From contig JAZQUH010000034.1 of the NCBI GenBank assembly GCA_045631185.1, positions 42,916 through 106,915 of the forward strand: a stretch of 64,000 bases of DNA, written 5' to 3'. The position numbers and the translations under genes were made by a program. Every line of letters starts with the position of its first letter. The first letter of the stretch is position 1. The notes beneath the pieces are model-generated. The model was not told where the DNA came from and searched no databases. It was given only the letters and a program-made list of their open reading frames with translations. Positions 39,035 to 48,634 of the stretch are shown piece after piece. The DNA comes from Alphaproteobacteria bacterium (lineage in GTDB: Bacteria; Pseudomonadota; Alphaproteobacteria; CAAHEQ01; UBA3637).

Positions 39035-41659
39035 TTAATGGGCATCTAACCAATTATCAGCCACGCCAATTTCGGCCACCAAAGGTATGGATAGTTTGAT
39101 GACTTTTTCCATATTTTCTTTAATGATTTGTTTGGCGGATTCTATATCTTTTTCGGCAACTTCAAAGATAAGTTCATCATGCACTTGCAAAAGCGGTGTG
39201 ATATCTAATTTAGACTCTTTCAAAACCTTGAAAACACGAATCATGGCCATTTTGATGATATCGGCTGCACCGCCTTGAATGGGGGCATTGATAGCGGAAC
39301 GGTTGGCAAATTGACGCATGGCAGGGATATTAAATCCGTCAATATAAATTCGTCGGCCTATGGGCGTTTTGACAAAGCCGTTTTGTTTGGCAAATTGGAT
39401 TGTTTTATCCATATATGTTTTAATTTCGGGATATTGTGTAAAATAGGCATCAATATATTGTTTGGCCTGAGATCTTGATATACCTAAATTACGGGCTAAA
39501 CCAAAACTGGAAATACCGTAAATAATACCAAAGTTCACGGCTTTTGCCTGACGGCGTTGATCGGGCGTGACTTGGTTTAATGGGATGGATAAAATCTGGC
39601 TGGCTGTTTGGGCGTGAATGTCGTCGCCCTTGATAAAGGCATCTTTTAATTTTTGGACATTGGCAAAATCCGCCATCAAACGTAATTCAATTTGTGAATA
39701 GTCAGCGGAAATCAAAGAGTATCCCGGTTTTGATACAAAAACCCGACGGATGTTTTTTCCTTCTTGGGTGCGAACAGGGATATTTTGCAAGTTTGGATTT
39801 GATGAAGATAAACGTCCTGTATTCGTACTGGTCAAAGAATAGCTTGTGTGAATGCGTTTATCCTTTTTGTTGCGTTCAATCAAATCGTCAATATAGGTGG
39901 ATTTTAATTTATTTAAACTACGGTATTCCAAAATCAAACGGATCAGTTCATCATCTGTTTCTTCCAATAATGTTTCCAGCACTTTAACATCTGTTATCCA
40001 ATGACCCGACGGTCCTTTTTTGCCACCGGCCAACCCCCGCTGTTCAAATAAAATTACCCCCAATTGAGCCGGTGAGTTGATGTTAAAATCTTCGCCGGTT
40101 ATAGCATGGATTTGTTTGGATAAATCGTTTAATTTTTCCGTAAAAGACTGATTTAATATCTGTAATTGTTTTTCGTCGGTTAAAATACCCGCTTTTTCCA
40201 TTTGAAACAACCATGGAATCAATGGCAAATCAACATCCCGATAAATTCCCCAAAGATTTTGATTTTCTAATTTTTCTTTGATAATTTCAAACAACGGATG
40301 GAAAAAGACAGCAAAATGATTTTCATCAATATCGGTTAAATTGAGATGATGTTTAATCATATCGGTGATTTTATTGAACTTTGTTCCCGAACAATCGTAT
40401 TGCATTAAAAGGATATCTTGGAAATTTTGGCCAAAGTGAACATCCGTTTTATCCAATAAATGCATGCCTTTTTTGATGTCGTAGCCCAAAAAAGTAATAT
40501 CCATATCAAATAAATTGTTTAAATTTTGAATTGTTTTTGCATCCACAGAGCAGGGGGCAAATGAAAACAAATCCAATGATTCTTGTTTTTTTAAGTTTAG
40601 ATGAAAAATTTCGTTTATATCAGGTGCGAAAAAGATATCCGTTATAGATTCTCTGTCATCCGTTTTGATGTTAAAGGCCAACTTTTTTTCTTGTTTGGCT
40701 TTTGTTATCAGATTTTCAAAATCAATCAGTTCTTTTAATTCTTTAACAAAAATGTTAGCAACATCTGGCATTTGCCGTTTTTTTTCAATATCAAAAGAAT
40801 CAATGTTTAATTTTTTAATTAGACTTGGGAAATTGTTTTCCTTTAAAAATTTCAACGCTTTTTCACAATCAAGTGTTTTTTGTGTGAATTTTGATAAATC
40901 GGCATCCACAGGGGCATAAGCGTCCAAAGAGACCAATTGTTTGGAAATAAAAACTTTTTCCTTGTCTTGTTTTAGTTTTTCACGCTGTTTTTCGGATTTA
41001 ATTTGCTCTAAATGTTTATACAGATTCTCAATGGTGCCGAATTGTTGGATCAAACTGGCGGCTGTTTTGGGGCCAATCCCTGATGCACCGGGGATATTAT
41101 CCGTTGAATCACCCATTAAAGATTGTACCTCAACCACTTTGTTGGGTGAAACCCCGAATTTGTGAATAACATCTTGGGTAGTTAAATCCTTTTTTTTCAT
41201 CGGGTCATGCAAAACAACATCTTTTTGCATCAGTTGCATTAAATCTTTATCAGCCGAAATAATGCGTACCTTTTTGCCTTGTGCTGTGGCAATTCGGGCA
41301 TAGGTTGCAATTAAATCATCGGCTTCATAGCCTTCCATTTCAATTCTGTCAATATTCAATGCATCACATGCCTGACGAATCAGCGGAAATTGTGGAATCA
41401 GTTCTGGCGGTGTTTCCAATCGGTTGGCCTTGTATTCAGGATAAATATCATTTCTGAAATTTTTGCGTTTTGCATCAAAGACAACCAAAACCTGATTACA
41501 GGCATTTTCCTGTAACAAATTTATCATCATGGATGTAAAACCATAAACGGCATTGGTGGGTGTGCCGTCTGGTCTGTGCATAGGGGGCAGGGCATAAAAT
41601 GCCCGAAAAATATATCCGGAACCATCAATTAAACAAAGACTTTGACCGGATATGGGCAT
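39035..41659 (-). CDS. polA: DNA polymerase I
   Basis: 874 aa. 5'-3' exonuclease N-terminus. Pol A motifs (DYSQIELR, RRQAKAVNFGIIYG, QVHDE). Confidence 0.95.
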   Translation of the reverse strand: MPISGQSLCLIDGSGYIFRAFYALPPMHRPDGTPTNAVYGFTSMMINLLQENACNQVLVVFDAKRKNFRNDIYPEYKANRLETPPELIPQFPLIRQACDALNIDRIEMEGYEADDLIATYARIATAQGKKVRIISADKDLMQLMQKDVVLHDPMKKKDLTTQDVIHKFGVSPNKVVEVQSLMGDSTDNIPGASGIGPKTAASLIQQFGTIENLYKHLEQIKSEKQREKLKQDKEKVFISKQLVSLDAYAPVDADLSKFTQKTLDCEKALKFLKENNFPSLIKKLNIDSFDIEKKRQMPDVANIFVKELKELIDFENLITKAKQEKKLAFNIKTDDRESITDIFFAPDINEIFHLNLKKQESLDLFSFAPCSVDAKTIQNLNNLFDMDITFLGYDIKKGMHLLDKTDVHFGQNFQDILLMQYDCSGTKFNKITDMIKHHLNLTDIDENHFAVFFHPLFEIIKEKLENQNLWGIYRDVDLPLIPWLFQMEKAGILTDEKQLQILNQSFTEKLNDLSKQIHAITGEDFNINSPAQLGVILFEQRGLAGGKKGPSGHWITDVKVLETLLEETDDELIRLILEYRSLNKLKSTYIDDLIERNKKDKRIHTSYSLTSTNTGRLSSSNPNLQNIPVRTQEGKNIRRVFVSKPGYSLISADYSQIELRLMADFANVQKLKDAFIKGDDIHAQTASQILSIPLNQVTPDQRRQAKAVNFGIIYGISSFGLARNLGISRSQAKQYIDAYFTQYPEIKTYMDKTIQFAKQNGFVKTPIGRRIYIDGFNIPAMRQFANRSAINAPIQGGAADIIKMAMIRVFKVLKESKLDITPLLQVHDELIFEVAEKDIESAKQIIKENMEKVIKLSIPLVAEIGVADNWLDAH

Positions 41660-41660
41660 T

Positions 41661-42038
41661 TTATTTTTTCTCTTTGCTTGGTTCTGGGGCCATGTTTAAA
41701 TAGGCTTCCTGACAATGTTGCATGCAATAGGGTTTTCCAGTGACGGTTTGTTTTCCGCAAAAACAAAAATCTTCATCTTTTGGATCGCCAATGGGCCAAC
41801 GACATGTGTTCAACTTTAAATCCATCAATTGGACTTTTTCAACAATTTTTTGGGGAGCCTTTTGAGCTTTCTTTGTATCCTTTTTAATCGGAGAAGGGCG
41901 TTCTTTTAAATTTAAACGATGTACTTTGCCGATAATGGAATTTTTTGACATCCCTAAATTCTTTGCAATTTCAGCGGTTGGTTTACCTGCTTGCCACAAT
42001 TTTTTTAATTTTTTAATTTTATCTTCTGTCCAAACCAT
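41661..42038 (-). CDS. gcrA: cell-cycle regulator GcrA (short form)
   Basis: MVWTEDKIKKLKKLWQAGKPTAEIAKNLGMSKNSIIGKVHRLNL is the characteristic GcrA N-terminus, an alphaproteobacterial marker. Confidence 0.8.
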   Translation of the reverse strand: MVWTEDKIKKLKKLWQAGKPTAEIAKNLGMSKNSIIGKVHRLNLKERPSPIKKDTKKAQKAPQKIVEKVQLMDLKLNTCRWPIGDPKDEDFCFCGKQTVTGKPYCMQHCQEAYLNMAPEPSKEKK

Positions 42039-42087
42039 AAAGAACTCCTTTTTTATATATTTAGTATAACTAAAAAAAACGTTTTTG

Positions 42088-42876
42088 TCAATCCGAATAA
42101 CGTTTTGTATCTAATAAAGATTTGAAACCAGAACTTTCAAAAACAGATGGGATAATTGAAATATAATTTTCAACCAGATTTTGTTCTTCGGATTTTGATG
42201 GAATCACGCCACGCTTATATTGGCGATAGATAAGAGCGATTTTATCGGCCTTTTTTGTAAAATCACGAACAGATTGAAAACCTTGTTTTTTTATTTGTTC
42301 TTCCATTTGAGGTGAGTTAAACAATATAAGTTGAGTTAAGTATACGGGGTTTTCACTTTTTAACTGTTTTTTTTGTTCTTCATTTAAATGATCGAAAACG
42401 ATTTTAAGGCTATTTTTTAATTCTATTAAAGAATCAACCGAAGGCGCTTGTATATCATCTGTATGACTTTGAAGCAGATTTATCAGGATTTGATTGGTAT
42501 TTCTTTCTTTTTCACTTATTTCTTCATCTGGCCACATTTCAGGGGCTAAAAAATTGTAAAATTGAGCCGGTAAAAATTCCAATAATTCAGGATCGTTTTG
42601 GAACCTTTTGGCAATTCGGGTGGGGCGTTTGCCTTTCCATACCAAAACATCAGGATGAGTTTTTATCTTTTTGGGAATTGATTTTTTTTCGGATAGCATG
42701 GGAAAAATATATTGACGTTTTTCAAATGGAATCTGTAATAAAAAATCTAACATTTCGTCTTGTCGTCCTACCAGTTCTAAACGTTTTTGTTTTGAAATAT
42801 CCATAATCGCGGTATTTTGTGCATAAAGATTAAAACTTAAGCTTGATAGGAAAATTATAAACAGTAAATTTTTCAT
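42088..42876 (-). CDS. hypothetical secreted protein (signal peptide)
   Basis: MKNLLFIIFLSSLSFNLYAQ signal. 4-nt overlap with the upstream gene, so operonic. Confidence 0.4.
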   Translation of the reverse strand: MKNLLFIIFLSSLSFNLYAQNTAIMDISKQKRLELVGRQDEMLDFLLQIPFEKRQYIFPMLSEKKSIPKKIKTHPDVLVWKGKRPTRIAKRFQNDPELLEFLPAQFYNFLAPEMWPDEEISEKERNTNQILINLLQSHTDDIQAPSVDSLIELKNSLKIVFDHLNEEQKKQLKSENPVYLTQLILFNSPQMEEQIKKQGFQSVRDFTKKADKIALIYRQYKRGVIPSKSEEQNLVENYISIIPSVFESSGFKSLLDTKRYSD

Positions 42877-44135
42877 TTATTCTCCCTTGTTTTTTGTTGG
42901 TGTATTTTGAAAATTTCTTTTTGTTTTGGATAAACAAATATATCTGAAATAATTATTCCTAAAATTGAAAGGAAAATTAGTGTAAACCAAAAATTAAATG
43001 GTAAGCTTATATTCAAAAATAATGATATTAGAAGCGTTAAAATTAGTAGAATTAAAACACCAATTATAAGTTCTCCCATTCGATGAAGCCAATTAATTAA
43101 AGGCTGTTTATGAATACGATTGAAACGTTTCATTTGTTTAATTAGTGGTTCGAAATAGATTTCACAAGTACCCAGTAATAAATAGAAAAATAGAATGAAA
43201 AATGATATTAAAAAAAGAATTACAGGAGAAAATTTATTTGAAATTTCCTCTGTAGAGATGTTTTGACTTTTATCAATTGTATTTGCTGTTAATTTGATTT
43301 TTGAAAAAGCAGGGATTATATAATCATTTTCAAAATATAAATTGTTTTCTTTATCAAAAATAACAGTGAAATTTTCAGGGATTTCTACTTGATTTTCACC
43401 AAACAAAAAACTTGGTTTTGTTATTTTTGTTTCACCAGTTAAAATAACCCCGGATAATTTATCTATTTCATAGGGCCAATCAGTGTGTATTAAAGGTAAA
43501 CTGAAGCGATTGGTAGAAGTTGATCGTTTTAATAAATATTCTAAAGTTATTTTGTGAGCTCCTTTTTTTACTGAAGTAATATTTAAAGAGGGAATTTCAC
43601 CTTTTTGTAATAAGTTTTTGATGTTTTTTCCATCTAATGTTGCTCGAAGTAAAAAGAAATTCTCAGTATCTATATCCCAAGGACGAGAAAGAGAAGAATT
43701 TTCAGTGATTAAAAATTGTAAATTTTCACGAATGTAAATATTCTGATTGTCCATTATTTGTATGATAAAGTTCCAATCGCTGGTATGTGAAATATATTTG
43801 AGCTCTTTGTTTTTACCAAAAAAACTTTTTGTAAACACTCCTGTTTGATTTTGTGATATATTATCTATTGATGGTTCGCTGTTTAAAAGAGGTGCTTCTG
43901 GTTTTTTAGGAATTTCCATAGATCCGTATAAACGTATTTTTGCATGGTCTAACCAAGTTTTAGGTTGAGGTTTGTCAGAAATTCCTTGAATGTAAATCAA
44001 GGAGCCACCTGAATAAGTATGTGGTTCATTATTTCTTACTAAATTAGGGTTTGTTTCATTAAAAGTATTGTTGTTGACTTCTTGTGCTAAAAGCGGAAAG
44101 ATCAAAAAGCATAAAAGGAAAATCAGTTTTTTCAT
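42873..44135 (-). CDS. hypothetical protein with signal peptide and C-terminal multi-TM anchor
   Basis: MKKLIFLLCFLIFPLLAQ signal, ~300-aa soluble domain, three C-terminal hydrophobic helices. Confidence 0.4.
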   Translation of the reverse strand: MKKLIFLLCFLIFPLLAQEVNNNTFNETNPNLVRNNEPHTYSGGSLIYIQGISDKPQPKTWLDHAKIRLYGSMEIPKKPEAPLLNSEPSIDNISQNQTGVFTKSFFGKNKELKYISHTSDWNFIIQIMDNQNIYIRENLQFLITENSSLSRPWDIDTENFFLLRATLDGKNIKNLLQKGEIPSLNITSVKKGAHKITLEYLLKRSTSTNRFSLPLIHTDWPYEIDKLSGVILTGETKITKPSFLFGENQVEIPENFTVIFDKENNLYFENDYIIPAFSKIKLTANTIDKSQNISTEEISNKFSPVILFLISFFILFFYLLLGTCEIYFEPLIKQMKRFNRIHKQPLINWLHRMGELIIGVLILLILTLLISLFLNISLPFNFWFTLIFLSILGIIISDIFVYPKQKEIFKIHQQKTRENK

Positions 44136-44776
44136 CTTTTCTCCTTTTCATCGGATAAGCAAACATCATACAGCGGACATTCTTGACATTTGGGTTTTCT
44201 TGCCGTACAAATGTAACGTCCCAATAAAACGGTTCCAAGGGCAAAAGTTGATTTGTATTTTTCGGGAACCAGCTTTTCCAGTTTTGTTTGAACTTCCTGC
44301 GGATTTTTTCCTGTACATATTTTTAATCTGTGTGCTAAACGAAAAACATGGGTATCAACACCGATATAAGGTTTGTTATAAGCCACGTTTAAAAAGACAC
44401 TGGCCGTTTTTTTGCCGATACCCGGCAAAGTTATCAGTGTTTCAAAATCGGTTGGAATCTCGCCGTTATAATTGTTGACAATTTCATTGGCTAAATTGAC
44501 AATGGCTTTCGTTTTATTGTTAAAATAATTGATGCTTTTTACCAAAGGTGTAATGCCGTTAATACCTAATTCCAATGCTTTTTCGGGGGTGTTGGCAACT
44601 TTAAAAAGGGCTGGCGTTGTTTTATTGACGTTTTTATCGGTTGATTGGGCGGACAAAATAATCGCCATCATCAATTCCCAAGGATTTGACCAATCTAATT
44701 CGCATTTAGGATTGGGATATTGCTGATGTAATGCCTCAAAAAAAATCAGGCGTTCTTGTTCGTTCATCAGGCGCAT
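44132..44776 (-). CDS. nth: endonuclease III
   Basis: HhH-GPD motif. C-terminal 4Fe-4S ligands CTARKPKCQECPLYDVC. Confidence 0.9.
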   Translation of the reverse strand: MRLMNEQERLIFFEALHQQYPNPKCELDWSNPWELMMAIILSAQSTDKNVNKTTPALFKVANTPEKALELGINGITPLVKSINYFNNKTKAIVNLANEIVNNYNGEIPTDFETLITLPGIGKKTASVFLNVAYNKPYIGVDTHVFRLAHRLKICTGKNPQEVQTKLEKLVPEKYKSTFALGTVLLGRYICTARKPKCQECPLYDVCLSDEKEKR

Positions 44777-44797
44777 TTTCTCCCCCTTTTTTTGTTT

Positions 44798-45034
44798 TTA
44801 TTCGTCCAAAGGTTCAGTGGATACAGGTTCCCCCTGTTTATCCAAGAGCAACTTTTCAACTTTCATTTGTGCATTTTTTAATTTTTCTTCACAAATCTTT
44901 TTTAATTGGTTGCCTTCTTCGTATACTTTGACGGCATCCTCCAATTTAATTTGACCAGATTCTAATTGAGAAACAATATTTTCCAGCTTTTCCAATGCCT
45001 GTTCAAAAGAAAGTTCATTTATTTTTTCTGACAT
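44798..45034 (-). CDS. xseB: exodeoxyribonuclease VII small subunit
   Basis: LSFEQALEKLENIVSQLESGQIKLEDAVKVYEEG. Confidence 0.85.
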   Translation of the reverse strand: MSEKINELSFEQALEKLENIVSQLESGQIKLEDAVKVYEEGNQLKKICEEKLKNAQMKVEKLLLDKQGEPVSTEPLDE

Positions 45035-45429
45035 TTTTTCTTTCCTTTACAACATTTTTTAGCTTTCGGTTCTTCTTGGCAACAACAATGGTGATGTTCT
45101 TCGCTATCTTCATGATGGCAACAGCAATGATGATGTGAATGCTGACAGGCTGTTGGGTGCGGCAATGTTTTTAATTGTAATTCACGTTCAGCCAACAAAG
45201 TCATTAAATCCCACATCATTTCACGGGTTTCTGCCAACATTTGAACAGCCGTGACTTCAGTGGCTGTTTCTTCTAATTCGGTCAGTAATTTTTCTATTTT
45301 TTCCTGTAATTTAAAGGCTTTTGGGGCTAAAATTTGCATTTCTTCCCACAAAAGTTTTGGTTCTTGCGCTGTTTTTACTATCAGCTTTAAAGAATGCATA
45401 TGTTTTGCTAAATCTGTTTCTTTTGTCAT
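45019..45429 (-). CDS. helical protein with Hpn-like His/Cys-rich metal-binding C-terminal tail
   Basis: C-terminus HPTACQHSHHHCCCHHEDSEEHHHCCCQEEPKAKKCCKGKKKCQKK. Overlaps xseB start by 16 nt, so operonic. Confidence 0.5.
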   Translation of the reverse strand: MTKETDLAKHMHSLKLIVKTAQEPKLLWEEMQILAPKAFKLQEKIEKLLTELEETATEVTAVQMLAETREMMWDLMTLLAERELQLKTLPHPTACQHSHHHCCCHHEDSEEHHHCCCQEEPKAKKCCKGKKKCQKK

Positions 45430-45465
45430 TTTTGTTCTCCGTTTTTTTATCAGTATAATCTAATT

Positions 45466-46158
45466 TTATTTATTTTTCAATAAATAATTTCGTCCGTCCG
45501 GCAAAGATCCGTTCAGGGCGTTTTTTTGTAAAAAGAATCCGGTTAAAAAAAGTCCGTCTTTTAAGTCGGTTGTTTTAATGACTTCAGTGTTTTCTTGCCA
45601 TAAAAATCGGGGCAGTGGTAATAATTTATCACGATAGGGTAAGCCTTTTTCATAACTGACGGCTCGTCCGGTTTTGGGTGATACAAAAGCCAAGTTATTT
45701 TTATCGCCACCTCCGGCACAATCCGAAAAATCCAATCCAAAGCCCAATTCCTGTAACAAATTTAATTCAAAAATAATATAATGTTTTACATAATCTTTGT
45801 TGTTTAAGTTATTGATTAAAATAAAAACTTCATCATATAAATTAGAATAAGATTGGCGTTCCGGTAAAGTTTTATTTAATAATTCACAAATACATCTGAT
45901 GCAGCAAAGCCGTGGCCAATCATCCATGTAAAAACCAGAGATTGATTTTAAATTTTCCAAATAAAAGGTTCCCAATTGTTCGCTTAGGCGGGCTTGCCAT
46001 CTGCCGTTGACAATGTCTGCGGGTTGTGGGGCGGATTTGCCTTTATAAACGCCTAAATAACGCCCGTTTTCTTTTGTTAGTAAAGAAACGATAAAAGATT
46101 TTTCTCCCAGCTTTTTAGCCCCCAAAACAATAGCGTTATTGTACTTTTGTTCAGGCAT
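45466..46158 (-). CDS. recO: DNA repair protein RecO
   Basis: N-terminal OB-fold pattern (AIVLGAKKLGEKSFIVSLLTKENGRYLGVYKG). 230 aa, immediately downstream of era. Confidence 0.75.
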   Translation of the reverse strand: MPEQKYNNAIVLGAKKLGEKSFIVSLLTKENGRYLGVYKGKSAPQPADIVNGRWQARLSEQLGTFYLENLKSISGFYMDDWPRLCCIRCICELLNKTLPERQSYSNLYDEVFILINNLNNKDYVKHYIIFELNLLQELGFGLDFSDCAGGGDKNNLAFVSPKTGRAVSYEKGLPYRDKLLPLPRFLWQENTEVIKTTDLKDGLFLTGFFLQKNALNGSLPDGRNYLLKNK

Positions 46159-47032
46159 TAAAATTTAATCCCCATTGTTGGTATTGATTGACGTCATCCA
46201 CCCAATCTTGGCGTACTTTTACAAATAAGAACAGGTTGACTTTTTTGCCCAATTGGCGTGTCATTTCCATACGGGCTGCTTCGCCGATTTTTTTAATCAT
46301 TTTACCGCCGGCACCCAAAATGATGGATTTATGGGCGGTACGGGAAACAATGATGTTTTGTTCGATACGGATGGATTGTTTTTGTTCTTTAAAGGAAACA
46401 GGTTCTACTGTTAGTTGATAGGGCAGTTCTTCTCTTAAATATAAAAACAGCTTTTCCCGTGTAATTTCGGCACAAAAAAGTTTATCGGGTAAATCAGTCA
46501 GTTCTTCATCGGAAAACATCCAAGGTCCATTGGGTGCATTTTCCAATAAATAATCTTTTAATTCTTTAACGCCTTCGCCTGTTTGGGCGGATACACAAAA
46601 AACAGTTTTGATATTTTTAATATCGTTCAAAGTGGTCAGTCTTTTTATCAGTTCATCTTTTTGAAGCAAATCAATTTTATTAAAGACCAAAATGACGGAT
46701 CCTTTTATTTTTTGTAAGATGGAAATATCCGTTTCTGTCAATCCTTTTTTGGCATCCATAACCATCATTTGCAAATCAGAATCGGCTGATTCTGTCCAAG
46801 CACAATCAAGCATAGCTCTGTCCAATCGGCGTTGCGGTTTGAAAATGCCCGGCGTATCCACCAACACCAATTGAGTTTCGTTTTCGGTTAAAATACCACG
46901 TACACGGGATCTTGTTGTTTGAACTTTGGGTGAAACAATGCTTATCTTTTCCCCAATCAACCGATTGATAAGGGTTGATTTGCCGACATTTGTTTTTCCG
47001 ATAATGGCCACAAAAGCGAATTTAGTTGTCAT
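46151..47032 (-). CDS. era: GTPase Era
   Basis: G1 GKTNVGKST, G2/G3 and C-terminal KH domain. Confidence 0.9.
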   Translation of the reverse strand: MTTKFAFVAIIGKTNVGKSTLINRLIGEKISIVSPKVQTTRSRVRGILTENETQLVLVDTPGIFKPQRRLDRAMLDCAWTESADSDLQMMVMDAKKGLTETDISILQKIKGSVILVFNKIDLLQKDELIKRLTTLNDIKNIKTVFCVSAQTGEGVKELKDYLLENAPNGPWMFSDEELTDLPDKLFCAEITREKLFLYLREELPYQLTVEPVSFKEQKQSIRIEQNIIVSRTAHKSIILGAGGKMIKKIGEAARMEMTRQLGKKVNLFLFVKVRQDWVDDVNQYQQWGLNFNA

Positions 47033-47657
47033 GTTCTATTTCCTGTAAAGTTAAATAGGCGGCTTCCTGTTCGGCTTTTTTGATAGAGCTTCCTTTGGCC
47101 ATTTTTATATATGGGCCGGCCTGTAATTTTACAAGAAACTCAGGGGCGTGGGCCTGGCCGTGCTGTTCCACCAAAGTGTATGTCGGCAAAACACCGAAAT
47201 TTTTTTGACAATACTCTTGAAGATGCGATTTTGAATCCTGTGGTGCATGTTCGTATGAAAGCATCAAAGGTTCCCAAATCGGAACAATGAAGTCTTTGGC
47301 AGCCTGTAAGCCTTGATCCAAATAAAGAGCGCCAATAACAGATTCGCAGACATCTGATAAAATGGATTTATTATGGCGAATACAATGGGCTGATTTTTCG
47401 CTAAAACTTTCTAAATTCCAGGTTTTTGTTACTTTGGCCAGTGTTTTACCGCAGGTTAGTGCAACGAAACGTTTTGCCAACAAACCTTCGGCTTCATTTG
47501 GATAGGCGTTATAAAGCATTTCGGCTACAACTATTCCCAAAACACGGTCACCCAAAAATTCCAATCTTTCATAGCCTGATTTTTGTCCGTTTAAAGCCAA
47601 TTTTGTGGCTTGGTAATATAAATCTTTATTTTTAAAAAGAGAAATAATTTTATCCAT
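47022..47657 (-). CDS. rnc: ribonuclease III
   Basis: ERLEFLGDRVLG catalytic signature and C-terminal dsRBD. Confidence 0.9.
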   Translation of the reverse strand: MDKIISLFKNKDLYYQATKLALNGQKSGYERLEFLGDRVLGIVVAEMLYNAYPNEAEGLLAKRFVALTCGKTLAKVTKTWNLESFSEKSAHCIRHNKSILSDVCESVIGALYLDQGLQAAKDFIVPIWEPLMLSYEHAPQDSKSHLQEYCQKNFGVLPTYTLVEQHGQAHAPEFLVKLQAGPYIKMAKGSSIKKAEQEAAYLTLQEIEHDN

Positions 47658-47666
47658 TTATATACC

Positions 47667-48524
47667 CTATTTGATATCTGTAAAGAAACGTTCTAAACGC
47701 AAAAATTCTTTCCAACGCCAAAATTGAAAGAACCAGCCTGTTCCGTCATTTGAATAAAATATGATTCGGGCCTTTCCTTCCAGATTTTTTGCATCTACAA
47801 AGCCAAAATCTCGGCTATCTAATGAATTATCTCGATTGTCCCCCATCATAAAAAATGAATCCGGGGGAATTTCAATTTTTGGGGTGTCATCATATCTGTT
47901 TTCATCCGTTAATTCATAAATGTCATGAACAACACCATTGGGTAATGTTTCAGTATAACGCATATACAATTGTTCGCCTTGTTCTGTTTTCCATAATTCC
48001 TGACCTTTGAATTCACGTGGAACCATTTGATCGTTAATATATAAACGTCCGCCACGCATTTGTATTGTGTCCCCAGGGATTCCGATAACACGCTTAACAT
48101 AGTCTATGTTATTTTCAGGAGGTTTTTTAAAAACAACTACATCACCGCGTTTGGGTTCGTTGTAAAAAATCCTGCCAATAGGAACTATAGGCAAAGAAAA
48201 CGGAAAAGAGTGACGAGAGTATCCATAATCAAACTTGGTAACAAATAGATAATCACCAACTAACAAATTTGGGACCATTGAACTGGAAGGAATATGATAA
48301 GGTTCAAAAATCAACGAACGAATAGCCAAAGCAATAATAACAGTCCAAAAAATACCTTTCCAGCCAGTGCTATTTTCTTTATCTTCTCCTTTTAATCGTT
48401 TGTTTAAAGCATCTATCTTTTCTTGGCGAATGCGTTCTTCTTCTGGCGATAATGCATTTGGGGATGTATTGATGTTGAATTCATTCATTTTAAAATTCCT
48501 TTCTTTTTTTAAATAATTTATCAT
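47667..48524 (-). CDS. lepB: signal peptidase I
   Basis: SSSMVPNL (box B Ser) and GDNRDNSLDSR (box E). Confidence 0.9.
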   Translation of the reverse strand: MINYLKKERNFKMNEFNINTSPNALSPEEERIRQEKIDALNKRLKGEDKENSTGWKGIFWTVIIALAIRSLIFEPYHIPSSSMVPNLLVGDYLFVTKFDYGYSRHSFPFSLPIVPIGRIFYNEPKRGDVVVFKKPPENNIDYVKRVIGIPGDTIQMRGGRLYINDQMVPREFKGQELWKTEQGEQLYMRYTETLPNGVVHDIYELTDENRYDDTPKIEIPPDSFFMMGDNRDNSLDSRDFGFVDAKNLEGKARIIFYSNDGTGWFFQFWRWKEFLRLERFFTDIK

Positions 48525-48634
48525 AAAATAAAAAAGATGTCCAGCAAAATAAAATGATTTTTATGTAATAATGTTTGACATTTTTTGTGAAAATATGTAT
48601 TCTATACCATTATAATAAACAGAAAGGATATAAA

